Shown: positions 30,556 through 40,109 of the stretch, piece after piece
How the letters are laid out: each line of letters begins with the position of its first letter
Position numbering within the stretch: the first letter of the stretch is position 1
Assembly (NCBI GenBank): GCA_965219385.1
Contig: CBDCNM010000002.1
Coordinates: 344,639-408,638, forward strand
Source of the DNA: Candidatus Latescibacterota bacterium
GTDB lineage: Bacteria; Latescibacterota; UBA2968; UBA8231
Length of the DNA stretch: 64,000 bases
Direction of reading: 5' to 3'
Position numbers and translations under genes: made by a program
The notes under the pieces: generated by a model
Told to the model about the DNA's origin: nothing
The model's database searches: none
What the model saw: the letters and a program-made list of their open reading frames with translations, nothing else

Positions 30556-31665
30556 GTGGAGGCTAGAAAGTACCGAGTAGGCATCATTGGACTCAGCGGC
30601 ATAACCAGCGGGACGCCACAGCCGCCCGGCCCCCGGTCCGCCTGGCAGGGCTGGAAGGTCGGGCCGCCCTTCGACCGGGAGATCATCATCTCACACGCGG
30701 CCTGTCTGGCTCTGATGGAAAACGTCGAGGTGGCCGGCTACTGCGACCTGGTTCCGGAGCTGCGGGAAAAGTTCAAAGAGACCTGGGGCCGCCGCTGGCC
30801 CGAGGCCAGGCCCTACGAAGACTACAAAAAGATGCTGGCCGAAGCCGAGCTCGACATCCTGACGATCGGCACCGGCGACCACCGGCACGCCCAGTTGTGC
30901 GTGGACGGCGCCAGCGCCGGCGTCAGGGCCATCCTGGTCGAAAAGCCGCTGGCCACCTCGATGGAAGACGCCAACCGCATGCTCAAAGCGTGCGAGGACA
31001 ACGGCATCCCACTCAGCGTCGGCCACACCCGGGCCTGGGACCCGATCTACCACAAGGTGCGCGACATGATCCGGGCCGGCATCATCGGCCCGCTTTCGAC
31101 CATCTACGCTTCCCAGGGTGGGCCCCGGGCGATGCTGTTTCGCAACGGCACCCACATCCTTCACGCCGTCGTCTTTTTCGCCGATGCCCCGCCGCAACAG
31201 ACCTGGGCAAAACTTGAGGACGGCTTCGACGACTGGGACCAGTACAAAGGCGACGGCGGCAAAGACCCCGATAAGGATCCCGGCGTCGAAGGGTACATCG
31301 AATTCGGGAACGGGGTCCGCGCCTTTTTCTCCAGCAACAAGAAAACCTTCCCCGGCTCCCACCTGCGGCTCGCCGGGCCAAAGGGGCAGATCTTCTTCGG
31401 ACTCAACGACGGCTACGCTACCCTGCAGACTCAGGAGGCCGGGACCGGGGACGATGTTTCCAGGATCATCAATCCCGTGGGAATCGTCAGCACCTACCAG
31501 CAGATGGGCTACGTGGCGGCCTACCAGGAGTTGATCGACCTGGCCGAAACGGGCGGGGGCCAGAGTGCCGGCTCGGGCCGGCAGGCGCGGCACGTAGTGC
31601 AGGTGATGACGGGATTCTTGCAGTCGCACCAGGCCGGCTGCGCCCTCGTCGACGTCCCTCAGTAG
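30556..31665 (+). CDS. Gfo/Idh/MocA-family oxidoreductase
   Basis: RVGIIG, H..LC, VEKPLA; GTG start after AGGAGG. Confidence 0.88.
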   Translation: MEARKYRVGIIGLSGITSGTPQPPGPRSAWQGWKVGPPFDREIIISHAACLALMENVEVAGYCDLVPELREKFKETWGRRWPEARPYEDYKKMLAEAELDILTIGTGDHRHAQLCVDGASAGVRAILVEKPLATSMEDANRMLKACEDNGIPLSVGHTRAWDPIYHKVRDMIRAGIIGPLSTIYASQGGPRAMLFRNGTHILHAVVFFADAPPQQTWAKLEDGFDDWDQYKGDGGKDPDKDPGVEGYIEFGNGVRAFFSSNKKTFPGSHLRLAGPKGQIFFGLNDGYATLQTQEAGTGDDVSRIINPVGIVSTYQQMGYVAAYQELIDLAETGGGQSAGSGRQARHVVQVMTGFLQSHQAGCALVDVPQ

Positions 31666-31792
31666 ATCTGAGAAGCTGCCGGCGTTCGCTCCACTGCATG
31701 GATTTGTCGCACCCCGTGAGTCTGATTAAATTTATTTACAAGGGCTGGTTTACTTTAGAAGCTGTCTCAAAACTTACGCGGAGGAAAGAACC

Positions 31793-32611
31793 ATGCGCAT
31801 AGCTCGTGCTCGTAGAGAGGAGATGGAGGAAATAACCTGTGTCCACAAAGGCGCCGGCTCGCTTCTGTTCGGAAGGGTGTTGGAGAAGAACGACTTCGAG
31901 ACCGACTGGTGTTTTGTGCACGCAGCGTATCTACTCCCCGGCAGCGGCATCGGGCACCACCGGCACGATAACTGCGAGGAGATCTTCGTCACCCTCGACA
32001 ACGCGGCGCAGTTTACCCACCTCGGTCGCACGGCCGAGGTGGTCGGTGCCGCCGCCGTGCCCTTGCGCCTGGGGGAGAGCCACGCCATCTACAACCACAC
32101 CGCTCAGGAGACGCGGTGGTTCAACTTCCACGTGGTCCGCCCCGGAGGACAGTCGGACTCGACCGACCTGGACGACGATCGCGTCGACGCCGAGCTGGAG
32201 TCGGGCGAGCGGCTGCCCATCGGGCGCCTGGATCGCAACTTGATGACCTGCGGGCCATCCCACCAAGGCAAGGGAGAAATCGGCGCCTACCAGGTGTGGA
32301 AAGCGCCGGATTTTCAGACGAATTTTGGTTTTCTGGGACATGCCCTGTTGCCGCCGGGGACCTCGGTGGGCTATCACCGCCACGATACCATCGAAGAGTG
32401 CTACATCGTCGTGAACGGCAGCGGGCGGATGACAATGGACGATGAAACGGAAGAGGTTTTCCCGGGAGATGTGATCCTGAACCGCCTGGGGGGAAGTCAC
32501 GGGATTTACAATCACACCCCGGAGGAACTGGAGTTGCTGGTGCTGGCGGTTTGTCTGGAGAAGGGGAAATTCGATGCGACGGATCTGGGGGACGACCTGA
32601 CGCAACGTTGA
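31793..32611 (+). CDS. Double cupin-domain protein
   Basis: Two repeats of LLPxG.SxGxHRHD..EE ... SHxIYNHT. Confidence 0.85.
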   Translation: MRIARARREEMEEITCVHKGAGSLLFGRVLEKNDFETDWCFVHAAYLLPGSGIGHHRHDNCEEIFVTLDNAAQFTHLGRTAEVVGAAAVPLRLGESHAIYNHTAQETRWFNFHVVRPGGQSDSTDLDDDRVDAELESGERLPIGRLDRNLMTCGPSHQGKGEIGAYQVWKAPDFQTNFGFLGHALLPPGTSVGYHRHDTIEECYIVVNGSGRMTMDDETEEVFPGDVILNRLGGSHGIYNHTPEELELLVLAVCLEKGKFDATDLGDDLTQR

Positions 32612-32677
32612 TTGGAGCGGCTGGAGAAACAGGCCCTGCACGGTATCATGGCCGGCTACCTGGTGGTGAGGAAATAA

Positions 32678-33502
32678 TCAACCCAGCCGGCGCAGCTTGT
32701 CCACTATTTGCTTTGCCCCACTGGCAATCAAGCCCAGTTCGCTGTCCATTTCAAAGAACCGGCATCCTTTGGAAACCCAGCGGGCCGCGGCCCTGGAGCC
32801 GGAGGGGGTGGTCCCAAAGGGGACCTTGTACTTGAGGCACAACTCGAGGATCTTCTCCATGGCCTTGCGGACCTGGGGGTGGTCGTAGTCGCCCGGGTGA
32901 CCCATGGCGATTGAAAAGTCGTAGGGCCCCACGTAGACCATGTCCACCTGCGGGGTGGAGATGATCTCCTCGGCGTTTTCGTACCCGAGGGGAGTCTCGA
33001 TGTGGGCCGTGATCAGGGTGGACTGGTCGGCCTTGCGCATCCACGCCCGGTCGTCCGTGGGCGGGAGGTAGTCCACATTGCCGTACTCGGGGGCGCCGGC
33101 GCGGGTGCCCACAGGCGGAAAGGTCATGTAGTCGGCCAGCTCCAGCACCTGCGCGCGGGTTTCCGTGCGCGGCAGCTGGATGGCCACCACCCCGGCTTCG
33201 AGCAGGCGGGCCACCTCGGACCGGTTGAGTTCGCCCACCTTGGAGATGACCGGTATGTTGTTGTCGCGCGCGCTGAGCACGAAATCGGTCATTTCGGCCC
33301 CTTCGAAGTAGCTGTGCTCTTTGTCGATGAAGATGAAGTCGTAGCCGGCGTGGGCGTAGATTTTGACCAGGGAGGGGCGCAGGTACTCGGCGACGATGCC
33401 GCCCAGGAGCAACTCCTTGGATTGGAGGCGGCGTTTGAAGTTGTGTCCCAGAACGGTGGGATCGTGTTTGCGGGGGCTGCCGGTGGTGCGGGTTTTGGCC
33501 AT
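32678..33502 (-). CDS. HpcH/HpaI aldolase family protein
   Basis: GYDFIFIDKEHS, FPPVGTRA, HIETP, YVGPYDFS. Confidence 0.88.
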   Translation of the reverse strand: MAKTRTTGSPRKHDPTVLGHNFKRRLQSKELLLGGIVAEYLRPSLVKIYAHAGYDFIFIDKEHSYFEGAEMTDFVLSARDNNIPVISKVGELNRSEVARLLEAGVVAIQLPRTETRAQVLELADYMTFPPVGTRAGAPEYGNVDYLPPTDDRAWMRKADQSTLITAHIETPLGYENAEEIISTPQVDMVYVGPYDFSIAMGHPGDYDHPQVRKAMEKILELCLKYKVPFGTTPSGSRAAARWVSKGCRFFEMDSELGLIASGAKQIVDKLRRLG

Positions 33503-33539
33503 GGTGGTCTCCTTTTGGTATCGAGGGCTTGTGACGGGG

Positions 33540-33629
33540 GCCCTGGCGGTCGAAGTCGAGGGTATAGCGGCCCAGCTCCTTGCCGAAGTCCCCGCAGCCG
33601 ACCAGGTCTAAGCGGAGTTTCTCAGTCAT
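33540..33629 (-). pseudogene. N-terminal stub of a Gfo/Idh/MocA oxidoreductase
   Basis: MTEKLRLDLVGCGDFGKELGRY, with no continuation. Confidence 0.45.
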
Positions 33630-33729
33630 GGGGGATTAAAATAGCAGATAGGCGCTCTCTGGCAAGAGGCCGGGCCGTCTGCCGCGGCGCTTCCAGGCCG
33701 GAGTACCAGAGGAGCAAAAGGATCTTCGC

Positions 33730-34836
33730 ATGAAAATCACCGGAATGGACGTGGACATGGTGCGGGTGACCCCGTGGGCAGAGTGGATCTTTGTCCACAT
33801 CGACACCGACAAAGGCATCTGCGGCCTGGGAGAGATGAACCCCGGAGGCCGGCAATCCGGCGCCCTGGAATCGTTGCGGCAGATGGAGGAGGCGCTGAAG
33901 GGGCGGGATCCCAGACACATAGAACAGATCGTCTACGATTTCACCCGGGGCGACCCCGGACCTCCCCAGATCATCTCCCTGTGCGCGGTGGAGCAGGCCC
34001 TGTGGGATATCCTCGGCAAAGTCGCTGGAGGCGCTGGTGCACGTCCTCCTGGGCGGGGCCTGCCGCGAGGAGATCCGGCTCTACGCCAACATCAACCGGA
34101 TCAGCCGGATCCCGGAAGAGCGCACCCCGGAGTGGTTCGCGCGCCATGCCGCCGCGGCCGTGGCCGCGGGCTTCGATGCGGTCAAGCTGGCTCCCTTCGA
34201 CGGTTTGCCCTCGGGGGTTGACCGGGCTCAGGACGCGGCTCAGGGGATCGCCTGCCGCAGGCCGTGCGCCGGGCGATCGGGCCACAGGTGGACCTGCTGG
34301 TAGACTGCCACTCGCACTTCACAGTCCAGGGCGCCCTGGAACTGGCCGACGCCCTGCGGGACCTGGACCTGTTCTGGTTCGAGCAGCCCGTGCCAGAGGA
34401 CGACCTGGACGCCTGTATCCAGGTAAAGGAGGGGTGCGGCATGCAGGTGGCCGGGGGCGAGCAACGGGTGCGGCGCCACTCGTGGTGGAAGGTGCTGGAG
34501 CGCGGCGCCATGGATGTGATCATGCCGGACGTGACCGTGGTCGGAGGGATCGGGGAGTTGAAAAAGACGGCGGAAATGGCCGCGGCCAGGGGGGTGCCCA
34601 CCTCGCCGCACGGGCCCTTCGGGCCGGTGATGATTGCCGCGGGGGTGCAGGCCATGGCCGCGCATCCCGAGTTTCTGATCTTGGAGTTCGGCTGGGGCGA
34701 GGCGGGTTGGCGCAGCGAGCTGGTGCTGCCGCCGGAGCGGATCGAAGGAGGGAAGATCCGGTTGACGGAGGGGCCGGGGCTGGGGGTGGAGCTGAATCCA
34801 GAGGTGGTGGAGGCGCACCGGGTGAAGATGGGGTAG
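33730..34836 (+). pseudogene. Mandelate racemase/galactonate dehydratase-like enolase with two frameshifts
   Basis: WIFVHIDTD.GI.GLGE, EQALWDILGK, LYANINR, VDCHS, WFEQP, GGE; +1 near 34020 and -1 near 34256. Confidence 0.85.
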
Positions 34837-35038
34837 AGATCGCCGGGTTTTTAGTTTCGTCGTATTCGATGTTTTGTGTGACTAGTGGGCAAAATTGCAA
34901 CCTTTTATTATGTTGGGCCAGGGTTGTTTGCCATGGTTACCCCCTTTTCGTGACTTTCCGGCCTGCTTTCCGCCGCGCTATCAAGGTCAAGGAGAAAATC
35001 AATCGTGAATCTTCTAATCTCACACCAGGAGCGCAACC

Positions 35039-35926
35039 ATGGATATCGACAAGTCTGCGATTGAAAACATCGTCCGCGAGGTGGTCGAGCGGCGTCTGGG
35101 GAGCGAGCCGCAACCGCAAAACGGGACCCCGTCCTGCGACCTGCCCAACGCGGGTGTCTTCAAAGAAAAACTGAGCCGGGACGAACCGGCCTTCGGGGTC
35201 TGGCTCACCCTCGAAGCACCCTCTATCACCGAAATGGCCGCCCGCATGGGTTTCGACTGGATCGTCATTGACGCCGAGCACGGCTACCTGGACATGAAAA
35301 ACGTGATGGAGCACATCCGCGTGGCCAACCTGTCCAACACCACGATCCTGGTGCGCATCGCCGAGATCCAGGAAGGGCTGATCAAGCGCATCATGGACAT
35401 CGGCGCCGACGGCATTGTAGTGCCGCAGGTGCGCACCGTCGAGGAAGTGGCCACGGCCGTGCGCTTCGCCAAGTACCCGCCCGAAGGCCTGCGCGGCATC
35501 GGCGCCGAGCGCGCCACCCGCTGGGGACAGGGCATAGAGCAGTGCGTGCCCCGGGCCAACAAGAATTCGCTGGTGGTGCCGATGATGGAGACGGTGGAGG
35601 CCGGCGAGTCGATTGACGAGATCCTGGACGTGCCGGGGGTCGACGCCATGTTTTTCGGGGGGCACGACTACTCTGCCTCTTCCGGCTATCCCGGCACCGC
35701 GAGCGAGCCCCCGGTGGTCAAAAAGCTGATGGAGGTCCAGCAGCGGATTCGGGCGCGCCGGGTGCCCTGCGGCATTGTCGCCTTTGAGAAGGAGGACATC
35801 CAGCGCCGGGTGGACGAGGGGTTTCGCATGATCGGCCTGGGTTTCGATACCACCCTGCTCATCCAGGCCATGAGCCAGGCCCTGGCCGCGGCCGGCCGGC
35901 CGGTTCCCCCAAGCGCCTGGTGGTAG
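35039..35926 (+). CDS. HpcH/HpaI aldolase with N-terminal amphipathic extension
   Basis: GFDWIVIDAEHG, KYPPEGLRG, MMETV; leader MDIDKSAIENIVREVVERRL plus Pro/Gln linker. Confidence 0.9.
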   Translation: MDIDKSAIENIVREVVERRLGSEPQPQNGTPSCDLPNAGVFKEKLSRDEPAFGVWLTLEAPSITEMAARMGFDWIVIDAEHGYLDMKNVMEHIRVANLSNTTILVRIAEIQEGLIKRIMDIGADGIVVPQVRTVEEVATAVRFAKYPPEGLRGIGAERATRWGQGIEQCVPRANKNSLVVPMMETVEAGESIDEILDVPGVDAMFFGGHDYSASSGYPGTASEPPVVKKLMEVQQRIRARRVPCGIVAFEKEDIQRRVDEGFRMIGLGFDTTLLIQAMSQALAAAGRPVPPSAWW

Positions 35927-35963
35927 AGAGGCGGTCTAGGGTGCGATCAAAGTCCATCCTTTG

Positions 35964-36773
35964 CTACGAGCGGTAGAGTTTTGAGCCTTTGTCTTCTCCG
36001 CGATACTTCGGCGCCGAGATGACGGCCTTCTGGGCCTCGGTCAACTCGGCGTAGAACGCAGGCGGGGTGTAGGTGCCCATCAAGCCCTCGGCCGCAACCC
36101 CGGAATTGTAGCGGTTGATAACCGTACGGCGCTGGTGTTTGGCCACCCAGGGCAGGGCGCCGTGCATCAGGCATTCGACAAAAAGGATCACATCGCCCGC
36201 CCGGGCGGGAAGCTGGACGATGCGGTCCTGGTGCGCGTGGTAGAGCCGAATGTCGTCTGGACAGGGAAAGTTGGCCTTGTGACTACCGGGCAAACAGGCG
36301 AAACCACCATCCTCCGGGCCCACGTCGGTCAACTGGACGGCCATGTTGGTCATGCCGCAGTACATGCGGCCGTTGCGATAGAGGAAACCGCGCGAGCGAT
36401 CGTGGGGTTCGCCTCCTTCGTGGAACCAGAAACCCTCGGCGCCCTCGTCCATGGTGATGATGCCGCATCCCTCCAGGCGAAACCCGGGGCCCAGCAGCTC
36501 TTCCAGGTAGGGCGTAAGTGTGGGGTGGGCAATCATCTCGCGGAACACATCGCAGTACGGCTTTTCCCAGGTCAACATGCCGCCCAGGTCGCCGCGGCCG
36601 ATGGCGGCGCCCAGGGTTTTTGATTGGTTGGCCAGATCGTTTGGGCGGATGTTGATCCTATCCTCGTAATGGTCAATGGCCGCATTGGCCGCCGCCACTT
36701 CTGCGGGCGCCAGGGCGCCTTCTATCACCAGATAGCCGTGCACGTCGAACAGGTACTTCTCTGCTTCTGTCAT
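35964..36773 (-). CDS. Phytanoyl-CoA dioxygenase (PhyH) family protein
   Basis: FDVHGYLVI, GGFACLPGSHK, AGDVILF..LMHG, RR. Confidence 0.88.
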   Translation of the reverse strand: MTEAEKYLFDVHGYLVIEGALAPAEVAAANAAIDHYEDRINIRPNDLANQSKTLGAAIGRGDLGGMLTWEKPYCDVFREMIAHPTLTPYLEELLGPGFRLEGCGIITMDEGAEGFWFHEGGEPHDRSRGFLYRNGRMYCGMTNMAVQLTDVGPEDGGFACLPGSHKANFPCPDDIRLYHAHQDRIVQLPARAGDVILFVECLMHGALPWVAKHQRRTVINRYNSGVAAEGLMGTYTPPAFYAELTEAQKAVISAPKYRGEDKGSKLYRS

Positions 36774-36809
36774 GGTCTTTCTCCTCCCGATTGGTTTTCG
36801 TATGGACTT

Positions 36810-37012
36810 TCAGTACTTCACGGAATCGGCGGGCGGCCGTGCGGGGCTTGTGCCTCTGGCGTTTTATGAGTCCCAGAGCCCCCTTTGCCCCGCTCCATCC
36901 CCCCTACCCCCTCCCTGCTGCTGCGCCCGCTCGCAGCCCCCACCGCCTTGCCGGCAACACCCCCTCCCGGCCTTGAGGCCCAAATAGGTACGGGTATTTC
37001 GTGAAATACTGA
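36810..37012. repeat. MITE-like repeat copy
   Basis: tcagtacttcacggaat ... atttcgtgaaatactga. Confidence 0.88.
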
Positions 37013-37015
37013 CTC

Positions 37016-38932
37016 TCAATCCCATGGCAGGGCATAGGATGGGGTGTTGACAAAGCGCTCCATTCCCAGTTCGAGCGCTATTTCAGTGGCCGGAGGCAGT
37101 TCCACCTCGAGGTGCATTGCCTCTACCGCCGCGGTACGTTTCTCGGTGTTCAGGTCCGGGACAGCGTAGTCTTCGAGAGGGCCCGGGTAGTCGCTGGTGA
37201 GGGCGTTGTAGTGCACCCGGGTGAAGCGATGCTCGCCGAAGGTCCCGGCCTGGACCACTGCCCGGCGGCTCTCGAAGGGGCTGAGGTTGACCAGGCGCAA
37301 CACCACGGACTGGCTCTCCAGTTTTTCGACCAGGGCAGCCACATCCTCGGGCAGACCCGGGCGGCGGCGCTGGCTGTCGAAGTAGCGCAGCTGCGCCATC
37401 AGCAGGCCGCCGTTGTAGATCATTTGCGGCGCGCCCGTGGTGAGCTGGATCAGGGCTTCGGTGGTGATGGGGTTGGTTTGCTGCCAGCGGTGCACATGGT
37501 GCCGGGTCCCCATCTCCTGGTCGGCGCGGATCAGACTCAGGCGGCGGCTGACCAGGCTGTAGGCCGCGCCCAGGATTTCCTCGGGGTAGGTCGGGTTGGC
37601 GCCGGCCGCAAAGCGCACCCAGGGTTGTTCGTGACCGGCGTCTTCCTTGGTGTGGAAGCCGAAGACGCGGTTCCAGTCGTACAGGCTCTGGCGGCGAATC
37701 TCTTCGATCCGCTCCCAGTCGCCGGCGGCCATGGACAGGCTCCACAACACCACCGGATAGATCGGCGACATGGGCTGGTAATCGAACCAGCCGGCGTCGC
37801 CATAGCGGTAGGGCACCACAAAGGTCCGGTGCTGGTCGCCCAGGGCCTTGTAGTGGCCTACCCAGTGTTCTTGCAGACTCATCTTACAGGTGCGCAAGTC
37901 GCGGATTTCTCCCAGCTCAAGGATGCGGTCTAGCTGCCGGCGCGGCACTTCGAGGTAACCGGTATCCCGGGTCAGCAGCAGGGCATTGGCCGCGGCCACG
38001 GTGGCCGCCATCTGGATGTTGTAGAATCCGTGCGGCCAGGTCCAGCCGTAGAGGCCGCCGTACCAATTCCCCTCGATGTACTCTCCTACGGAGCCCGAGA
38101 GGCCGACATTGTCGGGCAGCAGGTCGTCGTTTTGGCGCGCCCGTTCGAACCAGGCATCAGTGTACTCCAGGGCCCACTCCCGGTACTTGTCCTCGCCGGT
38201 GAGCAAGAAGGCATTGGTCGCCAGGCTGGTGGTTGCCAGATTGCCGACCACATCGCCCCGGCTCATGCGCTCCTGCATGATCTGTCCCATGCGCCGGGCC
38301 AGATCCGGGTCTTTCAGGTCCTCTATACTTTTTATGCCGGACACGTCGTAGTGCGGCAGACCGTAGCGCGCCATGCCCGGGGACCAGCCATAGGACGGCT
38401 CTTTGTCGTAGAAGCGGGTGGCTGGACCGTCGCTGCCGTTGAGCGGTGAGCGGATCAGTTGGTGCTCGGGGTCGTAGTTGAGGGCTTCGGGGTCTTCGTT
38501 CATGTAAAGGCCGGCAAAGCGGCGGGCGCGCTCCTGGTGAGCCGCGCCATGCGGGTCGGCCAGGCACAGCAGGTAAAAGAAGATATCGCTTTCGGCCAGG
38601 TGGAACTGGTCCTCGCGCCGGGCGTAGCCCTTGTGCACGGTGCCGAGTCGGGTGAGTTGCCCCGTGACCGCCGCCCACTGCCGGGCGGCCAGGCTCTGCA
38701 GATGATCGCCGCCGCCCAGCAAGTAGAGCAGAGGCCAGTTGTAGTAAGGCTCGTAAAAGTCGTCGGGACTGCCCCCACCCCATTCGTCCTCCCAGATGAA
38801 CTCGCCGTCAGGGCGGGTATAGGCTTCCAGGAAGGGGTGGACGGACTGGTCCATAGCGGCAAAGAGCCGGCGTTCCAGTACGGCCCAGGCCGGCGGAGCC
38901 TGACACGGGACCGTGGCCGAGATTGTACGCAT
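37016..38932 (-). CDS. Uncharacterised ~638-aa protein (paralog 2 of 3)
   Basis: PPAWAVLER, DDFYE..NWPLLYLLGG, PDNVGL, WQQTNPITTEAL, RYFD..RPGLP. Confidence 0.85.
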   Translation of the reverse strand: MRTISATVPCQAPPAWAVLERRLFAAMDQSVHPFLEAYTRPDGEFIWEDEWGGGSPDDFYEPYYNWPLLYLLGGGDHLQSLAARQWAAVTGQLTRLGTVHKGYARREDQFHLAESDIFFYLLCLADPHGAAHQERARRFAGLYMNEDPEALNYDPEHQLIRSPLNGSDGPATRFYDKEPSYGWSPGMARYGLPHYDVSGIKSIEDLKDPDLARRMGQIMQERMSRGDVVGNLATTSLATNAFLLTGEDKYREWALEYTDAWFERARQNDDLLPDNVGLSGSVGEYIEGNWYGGLYGWTWPHGFYNIQMAATVAAANALLLTRDTGYLEVPRRQLDRILELGEIRDLRTCKMSLQEHWVGHYKALGDQHRTFVVPYRYGDAGWFDYQPMSPIYPVVLWSLSMAAGDWERIEEIRRQSLYDWNRVFGFHTKEDAGHEQPWVRFAAGANPTYPEEILGAAYSLVSRRLSLIRADQEMGTRHHVHRWQQTNPITTEALIQLTTGAPQMIYNGGLLMAQLRYFDSQRRRPGLPEDVAALVEKLESQSVVLRLVNLSPFESRRAVVQAGTFGEHRFTRVHYNALTSDYPGPLEDYAVPDLNTEKRTAAVEAMHLEVELPPATEIALELGMERFVNTPSYALPWD

Positions 38933-38958
38933 TTTCTCTCCTGTCTTTCGGCTTTTGC

Positions 38959-40086
38959 TTAATCAGGCAGCTCCCAGTGCGACCAGAGCAGGCTGCACTT
39001 GTCCTCGACCGATTCGGGCTTCTGGTAGTACATGGTCAGCAGGCTGCCGTCGGCCAGTTCCACGGTCGAGGGATAGCCCAGGTCGCTATCGGGCCCATCG
39101 TCGCGCAGGATGTAGTGATAGTCCCAGCTGGCCCCCCCGTCACGGCTGATCATGAGACGCTCGCCATAGGGCGGTTGACGGAAACCATACGAACAAATCA
39201 GGGCACCGCTGGAGTGGTACAGCAGATGCGGCGGGCAGCCGTGGAAGTTGAGGGGTTCGGCCGGACTCCAGGTGCGTCCCCCATCTTTTGAAGTGGTCTG
39301 CATCAGGGAAAAATGGATCAGGCCCAGCTCCTCGATCGGATCCCGGTCCTTGTGGTTTTCTAGGCGGATCAGGCCCACCAGCTTGCCGTCGGGCAGTTCG
39401 CTCACGTGCGGCTCGTGGTAGTTGCCCTCGACCGTGCCCTCGTACAGGGGCACGGTGCCGAGCCTTTCCCAGGTGCGGCCCTCGTCCGTGCTCTTCATGG
39501 CGGCGATGGCGCCCTGTCCGGCCGCGAAACCCTCCATGTCCACGAGGAATTCCTTGCCGAAATAGAGCAACTCGCCGCGGTGCAGGCGGATGGGGCCGTG
39601 GGGCGCGGTGAGCGGCACCTTGACCGGGGCGTTCCAGGATTCGCCGCGATCGTGGCTGGTGAGGATCCAGGCCCCGACCCAGCGGGCCGCGCTCTCATCG
39701 CTTACCCGGGCGTAGCCCTGGCGCCAGCGCTCGAGCTGTTCGCCCTCGGCGCGGTCCTCTCGGCCCCGCTCATCGGTGGTAAACCAGGAGATGAGGAGCC
39801 TGTCCCCTCCCAGCGGAACCACCCCGGTGTCGCGGTCGTCGAGGGGGGAGTCGTTGGCCACCTGCGGGCTGGTCCAGGTCTGCCCTTGGTCGCGGCTGGT
39901 GCAGATCACGTTGCGCCCGAAGGGACACACGTGGGCATTGCGCAGACCCGAGGCCGCGGCCACCAGGGTGCCATCCTCCATGCGGGCCAAGGTCGGCCAG
40001 CCGAAGTAGCCGAAGAAATCGCTCGGAAAAGAACTGACTACCCCGTGGTGGGCCTCTATTTCCTGGTTGGTCTCGCGGAGTTGCAT
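38959..40086 (-). CDS. BNR/Asp-box (sialidase-like) beta-propeller
   Basis: SRDQGQTW, SHDRGESW, STDEGRTW, SKDGGRTW, SRDGGASW; DLGYPS. Confidence 0.88.
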   Translation of the reverse strand: MQLRETNQEIEAHHGVVSSFPSDFFGYFGWPTLARMEDGTLVAAASGLRNAHVCPFGRNVICTSRDQGQTWTSPQVANDSPLDDRDTGVVPLGGDRLLISWFTTDERGREDRAEGEQLERWRQGYARVSDESAARWVGAWILTSHDRGESWNAPVKVPLTAPHGPIRLHRGELLYFGKEFLVDMEGFAAGQGAIAAMKSTDEGRTWERLGTVPLYEGTVEGNYHEPHVSELPDGKLVGLIRLENHKDRDPIEELGLIHFSLMQTTSKDGGRTWSPAEPLNFHGCPPHLLYHSSGALICSYGFRQPPYGERLMISRDGGASWDYHYILRDDGPDSDLGYPSTVELADGSLLTMYYQKPESVEDKCSLLWSHWELPD

Positions 40087-40109
40087 GAGGGATTCCTTTC
40101 GCTTTGGGA

